DNA of 63,144 nucleotides, the filler included, from Circinaria calcarea (Eukaryota): NCBI GenBank assembly GCA_051942165.1. It is 6 parts of 6 records of this genome, joined end to end, with 100 filler letters (N's around TTAATTAATTAA, not from the genome) between each part and the next. Parts side by side here need not be neighbours in the genome. Positions count along the whole stretch, not along the records: positions 42,193 to 52,621 come from JAVECS010000806.1; positions 52,722 to 63,144 come from JAVECS010000807.1; 4 more parts are not named here. The stretch is one strand, 5' to 3'. A program made the translations under genes and the position numbers. This document shows, piece after piece, positions 50,438 through 61,830 of the stretch (within the stretch, counting starts at the first letter, position 1; each line of letters starts with the position of its first letter). Under the pieces are notes generated by a model, which ran no database searches, was not told the origin of the DNA, and worked only from the letters and a program-made list of their open reading frames with translations.

Positions 50438-51629
50438 TCAAACCTGACTCGAGGAGCTGAGAAATATTTCAATTTCCTCCAAAACGGCCTCCTTGACTTT
50501 CTCTGGCGCCCAGCAGATGGCAACAGCGTTCTTCTGCAGTCGTGCAATCTCCTGATTTGAAAAACCACACATCATCTTGACTAAAAGTAAGCTGTCGGAA
50601 ACCCACGTGTCTTCCATATACGACGGATCGTCGCTGTTGATGGTGATCTTGATGCCAGCATCGAAGAGGGCTCGAATACGCGGAAACACCTCTTCGTCTG
50701 GTTCGTGACAGTAAGCCCATGGGCAAAGGGTCATTCCTATATCCTTTCCTCTGATAAGAGAGACAAGCTCGGGGAGCTCTGCAGCATTAATACCATGATC
50801 GCAGCGTTCGGCACCACTACCACCAATGACTTCAGCAACCTGACGGATATTGCTGTGGGTATCTTCTTGTGCAGGATCACAATGACAGGTCAATTTGAAA
50901 CCATCCTCGCGCGCCCGCAGGAACAGCCCTTTGAACTTACTTGGCGGGTTTTGGTATTCATTTGAGTCGAGGCCAATGGCGACAATCATGTCTTTGTAAG
51001 GAAGGGCAGCAACATAATGTTCCATTGCCGACTCTGGCGACGTGTCTCGTAACATACACATGGTCCATTGTGCTTTGACCTAACCTATTATGAGTCTTAC
51101 TTTGTAGAAGGTTTTTTTCTTTGCTTACATTCAAACTCTTCTCGGCATCCATCTGTGCCCTTCTGAGACCTTTCATCACGGACTCAATTGGCACACCACG
51201 GCTCGTGTGGCCTTGGAGATCGAAGAATGGCTCACAGTAACGAACATTCATCTTGGCAGCACGCTGAAAGTAGTTCATGGCAAGGTCATAGAAGTCTTCC
51301 TCGGTAAACAGCACTTGGAAGCCGCCATAGTAAGAGTCGAAGAAGCTCGCTCTTCCTTCCGCAGTCCCGAAACTTGCGTGATCAAGAAATCCTTGATAAG
51401 AATCTCGGAGGTCCTCCAACGTGTGATATACAACACCCGTTCTCTCCACTTTGATCTGGTGTCCATTCCGCTGGGCTAGCTTCCATTGCAATTCCGGAGT
51501 AAGGGTTCCTTCGATGTGAACATGGAGTTCAAGCTTGGGAATATTATTTATGAAGTCGTCATGAGTAATAGAGATCTGCTGCTTCCGTAATTGGAGGATC
51601 TCGTTCCGAGACGGTGTGGAAGGTGGCAT
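50438..51629 (-). CDS. AAH1: Adenine/adenosine deaminase family protein (Aah1-like)
   Basis: PKLELHVHIEGTL, NVRYCEPFFDLQGHT, IGLDSNE, TCHCD, RCDHG, INSDDPSY. One intron near 51128-51080. Orthology to AAH1 not certain. Confidence 0.85.
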
Positions 51630-51789
51630 ATCGACAACAATAGCGAGTTGAAAATTGCCTTTGAGTTATCCCTTAAACTATTGCTCCGGCGGAACGAACG
51701 GTGCATTGTATACTAGTAGGGGAATATCGCGATTGGCTGCAGCGAGAAGGAGGCGGAAAAAGCACGCTAATTGGCGCGCTTCTCGTTCC

Positions 51790-52175
51790 ATTTAATAGTA
51801 TACATATCTTTTCGCTGTGGCTATACCACCCATACTATATGAAAATAGTAATGCCCTCCCTATAATGCTCCTCCTTTCTTAGGCCACCGAACTCCGAATA
51901 ATATTACCCTGAAATAAAGTGAAACGAAGTGGAAAGGTTTAACTTCGGCGTAAGATTTTCCGAATCGAACCAAAATTTTATGGTGTTCTTACTCTGGCCG
52001 TAAAAGTTATTTCATTAAATTTAGCTTATTACTCGATCGAGCCTAATTTTCGCTTAATTAAGCCTAGTTTTTTGCTCGAATAGGAAAAAAATTTACTACA
52101 TTAAGCGTAGCGTATTAGCTTTTATGCTGAGCTTATACTACGAGTTATACTTTACTAGTGACGCGCGCGGGCGCG
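51790..52175. mobile_element. AT/TpA-rich degenerate repeat (RIP-like relic) hosting the solo LTR
   Basis: Abrupt rise in AT and TpA content, no ORFs, adjacent to LTR sequence at a contig end. Confidence 0.45.
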
Positions 52176-52395
52176 TGTAAGGGCTCTACCCGAGAACCCC
52201 TACGAACCCTACGGGGGAACTATACACCGAGGTCACGAGGTATTGGCTTAGCGAGAAAGGTTTTCCTCGCGAAGCGTTACACGAGAACTCCTTAGCAATA
52301 ATTCATATACTGATGCGAACCAATTGAGCTCATTATCACACAATTCACCGACCCTTATCGTAAGATTATTATACTATTCGTAAAGGATCCTTACA
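52176..52395. mobile_element. Solo LTR (220 bp) with 5-bp target-site duplication
   Basis: Starts TGTAAGG and ends CCTTACA (7-bp inverted termini, TG...CA), flanked by GCGCG at 52171-52175 and 52396-52400. Confidence 0.85.
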
Positions 52396-52430
52396 GCGCG
52401 CAAAGCCCTGAAACGTATTATATTTAGTTA

Positions 52431-52518
52431 TTAGCTGCAGTATAATATGGAGCTGTAGCATAGCATGGAGCTGCAGCATAGTATGAAGCTATAATATAAT
52501 ATAAAGCTATAGTATAGT
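52431..52518. repeat. 18-bp minisatellite, about 5 copies
   Basis: Units GGAGCTGTAGCATAGCAT / GGAGCTGCAGCATAGTAT / GAAGCTATAATATAATAT / AAAGCTATAGTATAGT. Confidence 0.8.
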
Positions 52519-52621
52519 TGTCAGGCCCTACGATTAGGGGGTGGCAATACGTCGCTTAGATGGCGTCTTGGCGTATAGTGAAAACCTTTCACTCGCACAC
52601 TTCATCTTCTGTAATGATTAG

Positions 52622-52721
52622 NNNNNNNNNNNNNNNNNNNNNNNNNNNNNNNNNNNNNNNNNNNNTTAATTAATTAANNNNNNNNNNNNNNNNNNNNNNN
52701 NNNNNNNNNNNNNNNNNNNNN
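52622..52721. other. Artificial contig spacer
   Basis: N44-TTAATTAATTAA-N44. Confidence 0.98.
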
Positions 52722-53124
52722 CTCCAAACCCCCCCCCAATCATCAGTTTAGACTCCGCATGTCCTTTTTCCTTTTTCCTTTTTATTTTTTATTTTTTAAA
52801 TTATACGATGATTCAGTAGCGCAGCGCTTTCTACAAATCTTTTCAAGTTCATTCTCCTCGAAGAAGAAGAAAAGTCCCAAAGAAAAAGTCGTCAAGGGAA
52901 TCTTACGATAAAGATTTCCACGGGATTTGGATTTGGTTTTGATTCAAGGGAAAATAGTAAGTAGCGAGTACGTAGTATTTTATCTAAGAAAGCCATGGGG
53001 GCCGGTAAAAATTCATTACTATCGTTATGATTGCTCAACTGTATGAGAATGATACTAGACTTGTACGTATTATTTACTCTTCTCATCCCTCCACCTGGGT
53101 CCCTTCTCCACGTAGCACCACCCT

Positions 53125-54645
53125 CTACAACTTCGACCTTTCGGCAATCATGGCGTAGCTCCTCGGGTAGGATTCTGTATTGGAATCATCAGCGCACGTT
53201 CCCAACGCTGTGTTCAGCAACGTACAAAAAGTAAGAAGAAGGAAAAAGACAATCTTACCAAGACAGCTCCTATCAATCTGCTCTATATTCTGAAATCCCC
53301 CTACATTCATCAGGATGTCGAAATCCGCCAACAAACTCTTCATCACGTGTCGCACCCCCGGCTCCCCCATGATGCTCAGTCCCCAAACCCACAATCTCCC
53401 CACCCAGACGAACTTCGCTCCGATTGCCAGTGCCTTTAGCACATCGCTGCTTCCGCGGATCCCGGAGTCGTACATGATGTACGTTTTGTCGCCCACAGCA
53501 TCCACAATGGATTCTAGGGCATCAAGGGAAGCGATGGCGCCGTCGACTTGGCGCCCTGCATGGTTGGAGACGACGATGCCGTCACAGCCGACCTCGACGG
53601 CTTTGTGGGCATCGGAAACGGATTGGATGCCTTTGAGGCAGAACGGCTTTCCACCGGAGATGCGCTTCCAGGTTTCGATCAGCCAAGGCATCTTCTCCCA
53701 ACTCCATGCGCGGCCATGCCAGACATTGTCGATCCATAGCGCGCCCGCTTTCTGGGGTTCTTTGGCGGGATCAATGCCATGAGCTGCGAGACGCTTCTTG
53801 AAGACCGGATCACTAAGACCGAGATCAGCACCGATGCCGCGGTAGAAGGCATAGTTTCCGGTGGCCACGTCGTCATGACGCCAGCCAAGCTGCCATGTGT
53901 CCGTTGTAAGGATGCAAGCTGTGAAGCCGCTTTCGTGAGCTCGTGTGAGGAGGGAGACGGTGAGTTCGTCGTCGTGCGGCATGTACAGCTGGAAGAACCT
54001 CGGCCCTTCACCATTAGCTTTTGCAACATCTTCAATCGGCGTGCTGCCGGCAGTGGAAAGAGCGTAGACGAGGTTGAGTTCCTTGGCAACGGCGGCAACA
54101 GGGAGCTCGCCCAGGGGGTGGTAAATCTTGTTTATGCCAATTGGGGCGAAGCCGATGGGGGCGGAGACTTTGTGACCGAAGATGGTAGTGGAAGTGTCTC
54201 GGAGGTTGGTATCGACGAGTTGACGGGGAATGATACGGTGACGGAAGAAAGCTTGTCTGTTGGCAAGGTGTGTGTACGATTGGCCGGCGTTGGAAGAGGC
54301 GTAGAACCTGACTCTCAGGTTCAGTTGAAGAGTCTAGAAGGGAAGCATGGCAGGCAGGTTACCAGCCACCTGTATCCAAGACAATATCAGCAGAGCCTGG
54401 CTATGAAAGACAATAAGGGGATAGCACCTTGGGTGAGCTTCTCCTTTGCTAGCTCTTCAAGCTTTCCGGGTTCTGTGGGTTAAAAAGGTCAACGACAATG
54501 TCAGGCCAAAGGTTGGGCGAGGAGAGTCACCGGTATTGAATGGAGGGACCTCTCCGGTATTGGGCTTCCAGAAGTTCTCTCGCTGGTACAAGGACCATTG
54601 TGGTGTGCTCCTCTTCTCGATATTCGGGTTATCTGGATCAGACAT
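53125..54645 (-). CDS. FMN-dependent alpha-hydroxy acid oxidase (lactate 2-monooxygenase-like) with PTS1
   Basis: YASSNAG, FAPIGINKIYHP, FFQLY, LKGIQS, GIVVSNHAGRQVDG, DSGIRG; ends ...RSKL*. Includes a 7-nt microexon near 54363-54369. Confidence 0.92.
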
Positions 54646-55210
54646 GATGAGTCTATATGACGTCCGGTTTCGAGGTCAATTGGAATCTATGGCGGATGGT
54701 AACAGAAGTGGTGGGTGCTGAGTAAACGCAATCTGGAGCTGGATGGAAGCAGCATAGTGTTTATCATGACGATGCTGCCGATTCATCCCGCATCTCACAC
54801 TGCAGCATGTGCTTGCGTTAACTCGGCTCGCACATCGGACTCGCCTCTCTGGCGCGGAAAGAATGCCGTTGCTTTAGACTTTTTTGGCCTATCCACTGTG
54901 ACTGACCCTGGTTTATGCAAGAAGCACGCATAAAATTGCTATCGGACCAGGTTCTGCATCAATGTTTGGAGATTGCTAGGCTAGGCTAGGCTATATTATC
55001 TGGGTGTCTCTGCACCTTATATTGGCTATATTTACATGATCCCACGACCAGTCCATATAATCCCTCAGATCGAGGAAAGTAGACGTGGGAGACACCAGCC
55101 CCCGCATCCGAGGTCCTTCATAGGGAACTGATAAGGTCATATCTTGTGTCTCACAGGCCTGCCACCTTCATCAAAAATAGCAGCTGCGAGGTCACCACAG
55201 GTTTCCCCGC

Positions 55211-56782
55211 TTAAAGGCTCCCCTTTACGTTCATATTCATTGTTGTTTGTGTTTTTTGGCCGATGTTACCGACGAAGACGACCAAAACAGCGCAATAACT
55301 GTCACCGAAGCGTGTTATAGTAAGCCGGCTGTTCAACCAAGTCTGAAGGGTTTGAAATCAAACTCGTGTCAAAGCGAACGCGCTCGAATATGTTTTGATT
55401 GAAAAGGTTGTAGCTCACCCAGCAGCTGCGGCTAAAATTTCATGCCGTCTCGCCTTGGTAAAAATTGACAGCACAGCGGAGAAGACAAGAGTGGCGGTCA
55501 ACAAGATGCCGATAGAGACAGCATTGGCGTTGATATTGTCGAGTGATGTGCTGATATGGAAGAGTGCCCAGACTGGGACAACAAGTAATACCAATATAAT
55601 TGAAGTAACTATTAAAGTGACAAAAGTACTGATGCGCTCTTTGGTATAGTAATGGATTTTGGGATTGTCGGTTTTAGCCCTCGTTTCCTGTCGTGGGCCT
55701 TGTTAATGGATGTTCCCTCGGTGTAGGTTCATTGACACCCCCAGGAGGAACTGAATGTCAAACTTACTTTGGAGCAAAACAAGTACTGTGGTAGAATGTT
55801 AGCCATAAAGATGCCCGAGAGACTATTGAGATATCAGAGCATAAGTACCTGGATAGGCCTGCAATGACATGTTTTTAGCATGCGCTCGACGAAGCCATCG
55901 AACCAAGCATTTTCTCGTCCAGGTCGAAGGGTAACGAGGTCTTCTTTCTCATCGATGAATCCACTATCGCCCTGAAGCAATGGCTTCCCATTGTCCATAA
56001 AGTTCAGCACGCTCGTGTGATCACGATGTGCTGGTCGATTCATAGCTACGAGCTGTTGTGCTTGAAGAAGTAGTTGGCCTGCCACTGACATCAGAACGGT
56101 CACAACACGCGATCGAGACTCCTAACACATACCATATTCATAAGCTTTCTTCTCTATCCTCTGGAGCAGATCTTTCCGGGACCCGCGCCCGGCGAGGTCT
56201 TTGCGTAGATCGTCCTTACGCCTGGATTGGAGGCATTTACTGCCTTTTTCATCCCCCGCGTCCCTTTGGTCCATCTCACGTAATTCATTTTCCAATTCTT
56301 TTAACTCATCTTGCTTGTAAAGGAGTAATCGGGCATGGAGAAAGCCGAAACGACGATATATCATGAAACAATCATCGCTGTCAAGGAAAGCAGCCACTAT
56401 CGGATACCCTTTGGGATGATCCTCAACTACTCCAATCAGCAAATGACGTGACTTGCGTCGAGGAACTTGAGGTCTCTAGACCTAAAAACTCACGCTTCCT
56501 AATAATGGTCCTCGACTTGGGTTGCTTCGACTCCGAAGCCCTCTTCTTGAGTCTCCGTGGCCAAGTTCGAATCTTGCGTATTCCTGACCAAAGTATCAAA
56601 TTTAGCGAGCTGTTTGTATGTTCAATTGCGGGAACGCGCTACCCACCGTATTTGGGACCATCAAAACTTGGAGTGAGGGTCGTCGCCGTACTCATAGTGG
56701 GACTGGTCATCAATTGCTTCTCTCCAAAGTGAACGATTTCTCCCGACTCCATTTGGCCCGCCAATCGATTAGGAGCATCCAT
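55211..56782 (-). CDS. DUF6594-family membrane protein (multi-exon)
   Basis: EDHPKGYPIVAAFLDSDDCFMIYRRFGFLHARLLLYKQDELKELENEL, DLVTLRPGRENAWFD, C-terminal hydrophobic helices (IILVLLVVPVWALF; GILLTATLVFSAVLSIFTKARRHEILAAAA|YCAVLVVFVGN). Confidence 0.85.
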
Positions 56783-57278
56783 ATTGAGAGAGTACGAACG
56801 GAGTCGCCACAGTTACTCGAAACGGTGGATTAATGTGCAGTCGCTGTCATTTAGATATAAAAGTGGGCGAGAAGCCTCACAGCCTCCTCAATCAGCTGCT
56901 GTACGAGGTAACGAATAAGACATCTCGATTCCGCCTAGTGCGCCGTGTTCCGACGGGAACATCGGGCCTTAGCGCCCGTGAAATGGAGGTCCATTGCGGC
57001 TGCGCCCTCAAATCTGCCTTGCCACTTACCCACCCACTTGGAGGCGACTCCCGTATACATCAATCATCAGCCAGCTGCTGTTTGCCATCGGATGCCTGAT
57101 TTTGATATTGAAACACTGAGCAAGGCTGGTCCAGCTGAACCAAATTAATCTTGTTCTACTACGCTCCGACTGAACTTATTCCAATTGCAGAAATGCCTTG
57201 TAGAACCCCAGTTCCCAATCCAAAATCCAATCCCATCCACCATCCTTCCCAATTATCCTACCCTACGCCCGTTTCTCA

Positions 57279-57766
57279 CTACTCCTGGAGGCTTCCTTCC
57301 GGCACGAGTGATTCGTAAATCCTGCCGTTTGAGGTTCTCACCCTGTACGTCCACATACCCCGGTCCTCATCATAGATCGCAGCGACTACAGTCACCGACC
57401 ATTCAAATACACCCGTTCGCGGATTCTTCATCCATACATCGTCGTCCTTGCTGAATGAGGCATCGTACTAGGAGAGCAAACCTCAGCCAAGACTCCAATG
57501 CTTCACGCGCTTGCGATCCAGAACTGTCTTGGACCGGAGAAAGTGAAGGTGACTGTCCCAAATCTGCCTTACCCTCGGTCGGTATCTAGCCCTAGATACA
57601 TTCGATCTGAATTGGGGCTGCGGCTGCGCCTCGTTGGTCTCGTCCGTTGTCCCCGTGTTTGTTTCCGTCTGCGAATACCGATTAATAACGAAGATTCTCG
57701 CTCCTCGCATGACCGACGGAACCCATCATGGGACAAACTTACAGAAGTAGTAGTAGGGTCAGACAT
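57279..57766 (-). CDS. Small (about 102 aa) three-exon protein with a predicted SH3/Tudor-like beta barrel
   Basis: MSDPTTTS|TETNTG...RARYRPR|YDASFSKDDDVWMKNPRTGVFEWSVTVVAAIYDEDRGMWTYRVRTSNGRIYESLVPEGSLQE*. Donors GTAAGT and GTAAGG, in-frame joins. Confidence 0.72.
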
Positions 57767-58569
57767 CCTGTTATTGGTGGGCTGGGAGGGATCGGTTGAG
57801 AAGGAGAGCTTTACCACAGGAATGACTTGTTTTAGGTCTCTACTCTTAACAACAGCCGGCGACGGCCTCAGATATAAGGGACTTTAGACAGTGGTAGAAA
57901 CTGTCCTCTCTCGTGCCTCTATCGTATAAAACGGCAGTGAGGCTCTGTCGAGCGGGATGCCTCACGACTTTCTGCGCACAACCTGCATTCCGTGCTTACG
58001 TGCTCAATCGGGTAAAGGTTGGCGGTGGCACCTCGTGGGGGCGATAAACAAAGCGAGGCTGCTTTCAAGCTGAGATGATCGGGGCAGTGCATATGCGCTA
58101 AGACGAGGAGCCTGTATTTTGACAAGAACGAATGATTGTCCTTCCCTTCTTTCTGCCTTGGTACGCCTAAATGATTGGAATAGGAAGAAGGTGTCAATAG
58201 CAAAGCCGTTTCATACGGGATAATTCTACTCGAACGTAATTGTTACAGATTATGTTTCAGCCACATCGATCAACTTTTATTGAGCTGATTGCAAGGTATG
58301 TTGATAAAGTGATCCAAACCCTTGGTAGCATTCATAATTATACTTTAGCAATATTGATACATGGTATATATATAACGTATTTGCAGAACAAAGAGTGCAG
58401 ATTTGCAGTTGTACATATCGACAGACAAAACTGACGTAGCAAGCACCAACAAACCGCAGATGGCCAGCAGGCACTTGAATCTAATCTAAGTGGACATAAC
58501 GTCAAGGAGAACACACGTCTCATGAGAATGATACAAGATGCAAAAGCATGCACCGGAGATACATGTACA

Positions 58570-60269
58570 TTACACGTAAACGGACTCTTTCAATGTAAGA
58601 AATGTACACCAGGATGCAATCGCTATGCTGGAAAGAAAAATCAGCCCACGCCCTTTGAATGGTAAGGACGTGCCGAGGAAAGCAATTGAAACCCAGACAC
58701 ATATCAGCAGCATTCTCAGATGATACGCAATACCAAGTCTAGCGGACTCGTATTTCTGACCAAGGTGGTAAGCGTCGCGCAGCATCTCTTCGTGCGTAGT
58801 GCCAGACGTATGCATTGGCCAAGACTCCATTGGGTCAGCAGAGGGATCTGGTGATTCCGAGGGTGTTACAGAGGGGGAGCTCTTTTGTCTTCTTCGCAAG
58901 CCGATAGTTAGAAATTTGCTGGCTGCTTGGGCGAAGATATATCTGTGGAGGCCGCCCCACGCGATGCGAGAAACGTGGAAGTGATTGTTCATCATGATGA
59001 TGTTTAGATCCTTTCCTAGTTTTTCTATTTGATTCGGCGTCGGACGTGTTTCGAATATGAATTTCAAACTCAACGATTCCTGATTTGCAGAAGCCAAGCT
59101 GCGGATAGCTTTCGAGGGGGTTACGTTCGGTGACTCCCCTCTAGAAAATGGGGTCAACATAATATGACGCCATGTGGACGAAGCATCATTTCGCTCAATC
59201 AATAAAGGTACTTGATGTCTTGGAAAGTCCGGAGCTTCATGTCTGATTTTGTTGACGAGCTCGACAGTGTCGAAACGCCCATGCTCTTTTGAAAGTTGAA
59301 GAAGTGCCCATATCAGAGCGGACGTAAAAGAGGCTTTTCCCGGTCGTCGAGTGAGGGATCCTGATGATGTTGCAGCAAGGCATTCGAATGATCTGCAAAC
59401 GGTGAGCCACAGCTCTGATAGCGGAGGGTGCGGCTTTACCTAGTTCCAATGCCACGGGATCCACTCAAATTACCCGCGTAACAGCTAGAAAAGAATGAGA
59501 TCCAAGGCAACCTCATCAGGATAATACCGACGTTGAACTTACCAATCGAGGATCTCCAGAACATCGGCCATTGTCCCTTGCAGAGCCGCTTCCGCCCAGT
59601 TCCAGACTGCTGTCTCCAGGGTATTCTGGATTTCGAAAGGATTACTCTTCCTACATGCGATCAGCAAAGGATAAAGCAGGGAAGAGAGCCAAACGTACCC
59701 AGCGAGTTCTAAGTAACCATGACCAGATCCCGGCTTTCCATGGCCGGCATAATACACAATAAGTAAGTTGTTTGGCCCATCTTCCTCGTAGATGAAATCT
59801 GCAACATGATGATTGACTTGGTTCTGCGCCGACTTATTCGGTATTTTAGATATACATTTGTTGTACACCTTATAGTTGAAATCGGTTGTGAAAACCCGCT
59901 CGAGGGAATCGACCTATAAAGATGAGTTTCTTTCATACCAATTAGGAACAATCGTACCTCGTCTTTGATGTTCATATCGTCCAAATCCTTGTCCCATGAA
60001 AGGAGGAGGACGGCAACACTTTCATAGGCCGAGTTTGTTTTGTAGCTCCCTTGCTCCATCACCTTCTCCCAGAGGAGCTGCATAGAGGAATTGACTTTCT
60101 CATACTCGCTCTCGTAGTCGACGACCGATGCAACAAAGTCTTTCTTGGCACCTCTATACTGCGTTTTCACACCTGGATTAGGTATGGTTGGGGAGGTCTG
60201 CGTAGACGCTGGGTCCATGATCAAGGCCCTGCTGTCTCGATCCGTGCTGGGTGTAGAACCGCTAGCCAT
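58570..60269 (-). CDS. Caspase-like (peptidase C14 clan) protein with C-terminal hydrophobic anchor
   Basis: Introns 59957-59914, 59698-59651, 59542-59485 and 59439-59393 give an intact frame: YESVAVLLLSW...LLIVYYAGHG...DVLEILDCCYAG...FECLAAT...SFTSALIWAL. His-Cys dyad present. Confidence 0.85.
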
Positions 60270-61370
60270 GCTGATATGCGAGAACAACTGTCTTCCGATT
60301 CCAACGATGCGCTTAGTATCAAGTTATGAGTATAGGTATAATTTGGTCCGTAGGGTATCCCGAGTTTATTATAGAGTAAACTTGCGCTTGGAAAAGCGCA
60401 AAGATTGACAGTCATGATATATGTTTCGGAAGACAGAGTGCTGGGCAAAATGAAGTAAAAGGACGTGAAGGAGAGCTGGTGCGGCTGTGTAAGCCAAACC
60501 ATTGATGGGTTACGGCAAGGTGCATGCACCCTCTTTCAGCCCCCACTAACTCATGCGGCTCTTTCAAACACACTCCGTTGGCGATCCCCCACATCGGATG
60601 GATTTCTCAGCCTTTGAATCTGTACCAATCATCAAAAACAATCGGGCGAAATATAAATAGGTAAGCCAAGCGTGATCGAGACATCGGATTATGGATTAGA
60701 AGATTTCTAAGTTTGCACAGGAATACGACGTACGCTAGCTCACCCAGGGTCCTATCCGAGAGGTAATTGGGCGAATCACTGCGGGGGAATCTAATTCACC
60801 TTCGTAATGGATTCCTCAGAGCTGAATTTTACACACTTCCGTAAACTAAAGAATTATCCAGATAGGGTTCCCATGTGGGGTACTGAAATTCCGAGCGGAG
60901 AACTAACTGATAGAATACTTCTTGGCACCTGTAGTCTTGAAAGTCTGATAAATAGATATGAAAGGTATGACCGGATGAGAAACGACAGCGAGGACACAAG
61001 GACTGGTGGGATTCTGGTTAGCACGTACATGAGCGAGCTAGTACATTGAAATACCTGACCGTGAGGATCGTATCGTCTTTGAGACAGCGTCTGAGGGAAA
61101 ACTGAATGGTGTCCTAAGAAATTGCCACGGGGAGAAGAACGTAGAGAATTCTAGTCTGCAGAAGACAATGTAACGCACGGGGAATCTTGTGAAAGAAGGG
61201 TGAGATTGAAGCTCTAATGCTCGTCTCGGTGTATGGAATCAGATACGAATCTACTCCATATAATCATTTAGATTCAATATACTATAGACAATCATACACG
61301 ACATATGTTCACGCCGTCCATCATCCACTCCAAACCCCCAGTCATCTTAATATCCCGTTTCCCTGCCTTC

Positions 61371-61830
61371 TCAGGTACCGTGCTTCCTCTTCTCCCCCTC
61401 CGCGTGATACTTCAGATATGCGGCGCCGAGCAGAAAGGTGAACAGGCAAACAATCAGCACGATAAACACGGCCGTAACGTTTGCACAACAAGCCTTGGAA
61501 TCCTCCCGTCTGTGCTTCCGTTCGATGTCTCGGGCGCATTCCTGGCAGTGAGTGTGATTGGCCGGAGGGAGGCTCTCCAGGAGAGTTGCAGATTCGGATT
61601 CGGGTTCCGGGTAGGTGGGAGGGTTGTCGTTTGGGGCGCTGTCGGGAATGTACTAAAGGGATTGGCTTTGTTTAGATGATGACTTCCACGTCGTATGTTC
61701 ATGTGAAATGAGGTTATTGGGCGGATCTTACAATTGTCGAGGAGCCTGGAAACGCGGACTGGGCAGGGTGTTGGTGATCTAGCGCTGAGTAGGGCGGAGC
61801 AGAGCCCAGAGATTTGGAGGGACCGCCCAT
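61371..61830 (-). CDS. Small single-TM protein with PY motifs and an HxHCxxC...CC cluster
   Basis: One intron (61731-61653): MGGPSKSLGSAPPYSA...STI|YIPDSAPNDNPPTYP...NHTHCQECARDIERKHRREDSKACCANVTAVFIVLIVCLFTFLLGAAYLK...*. Confidence 0.72.
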
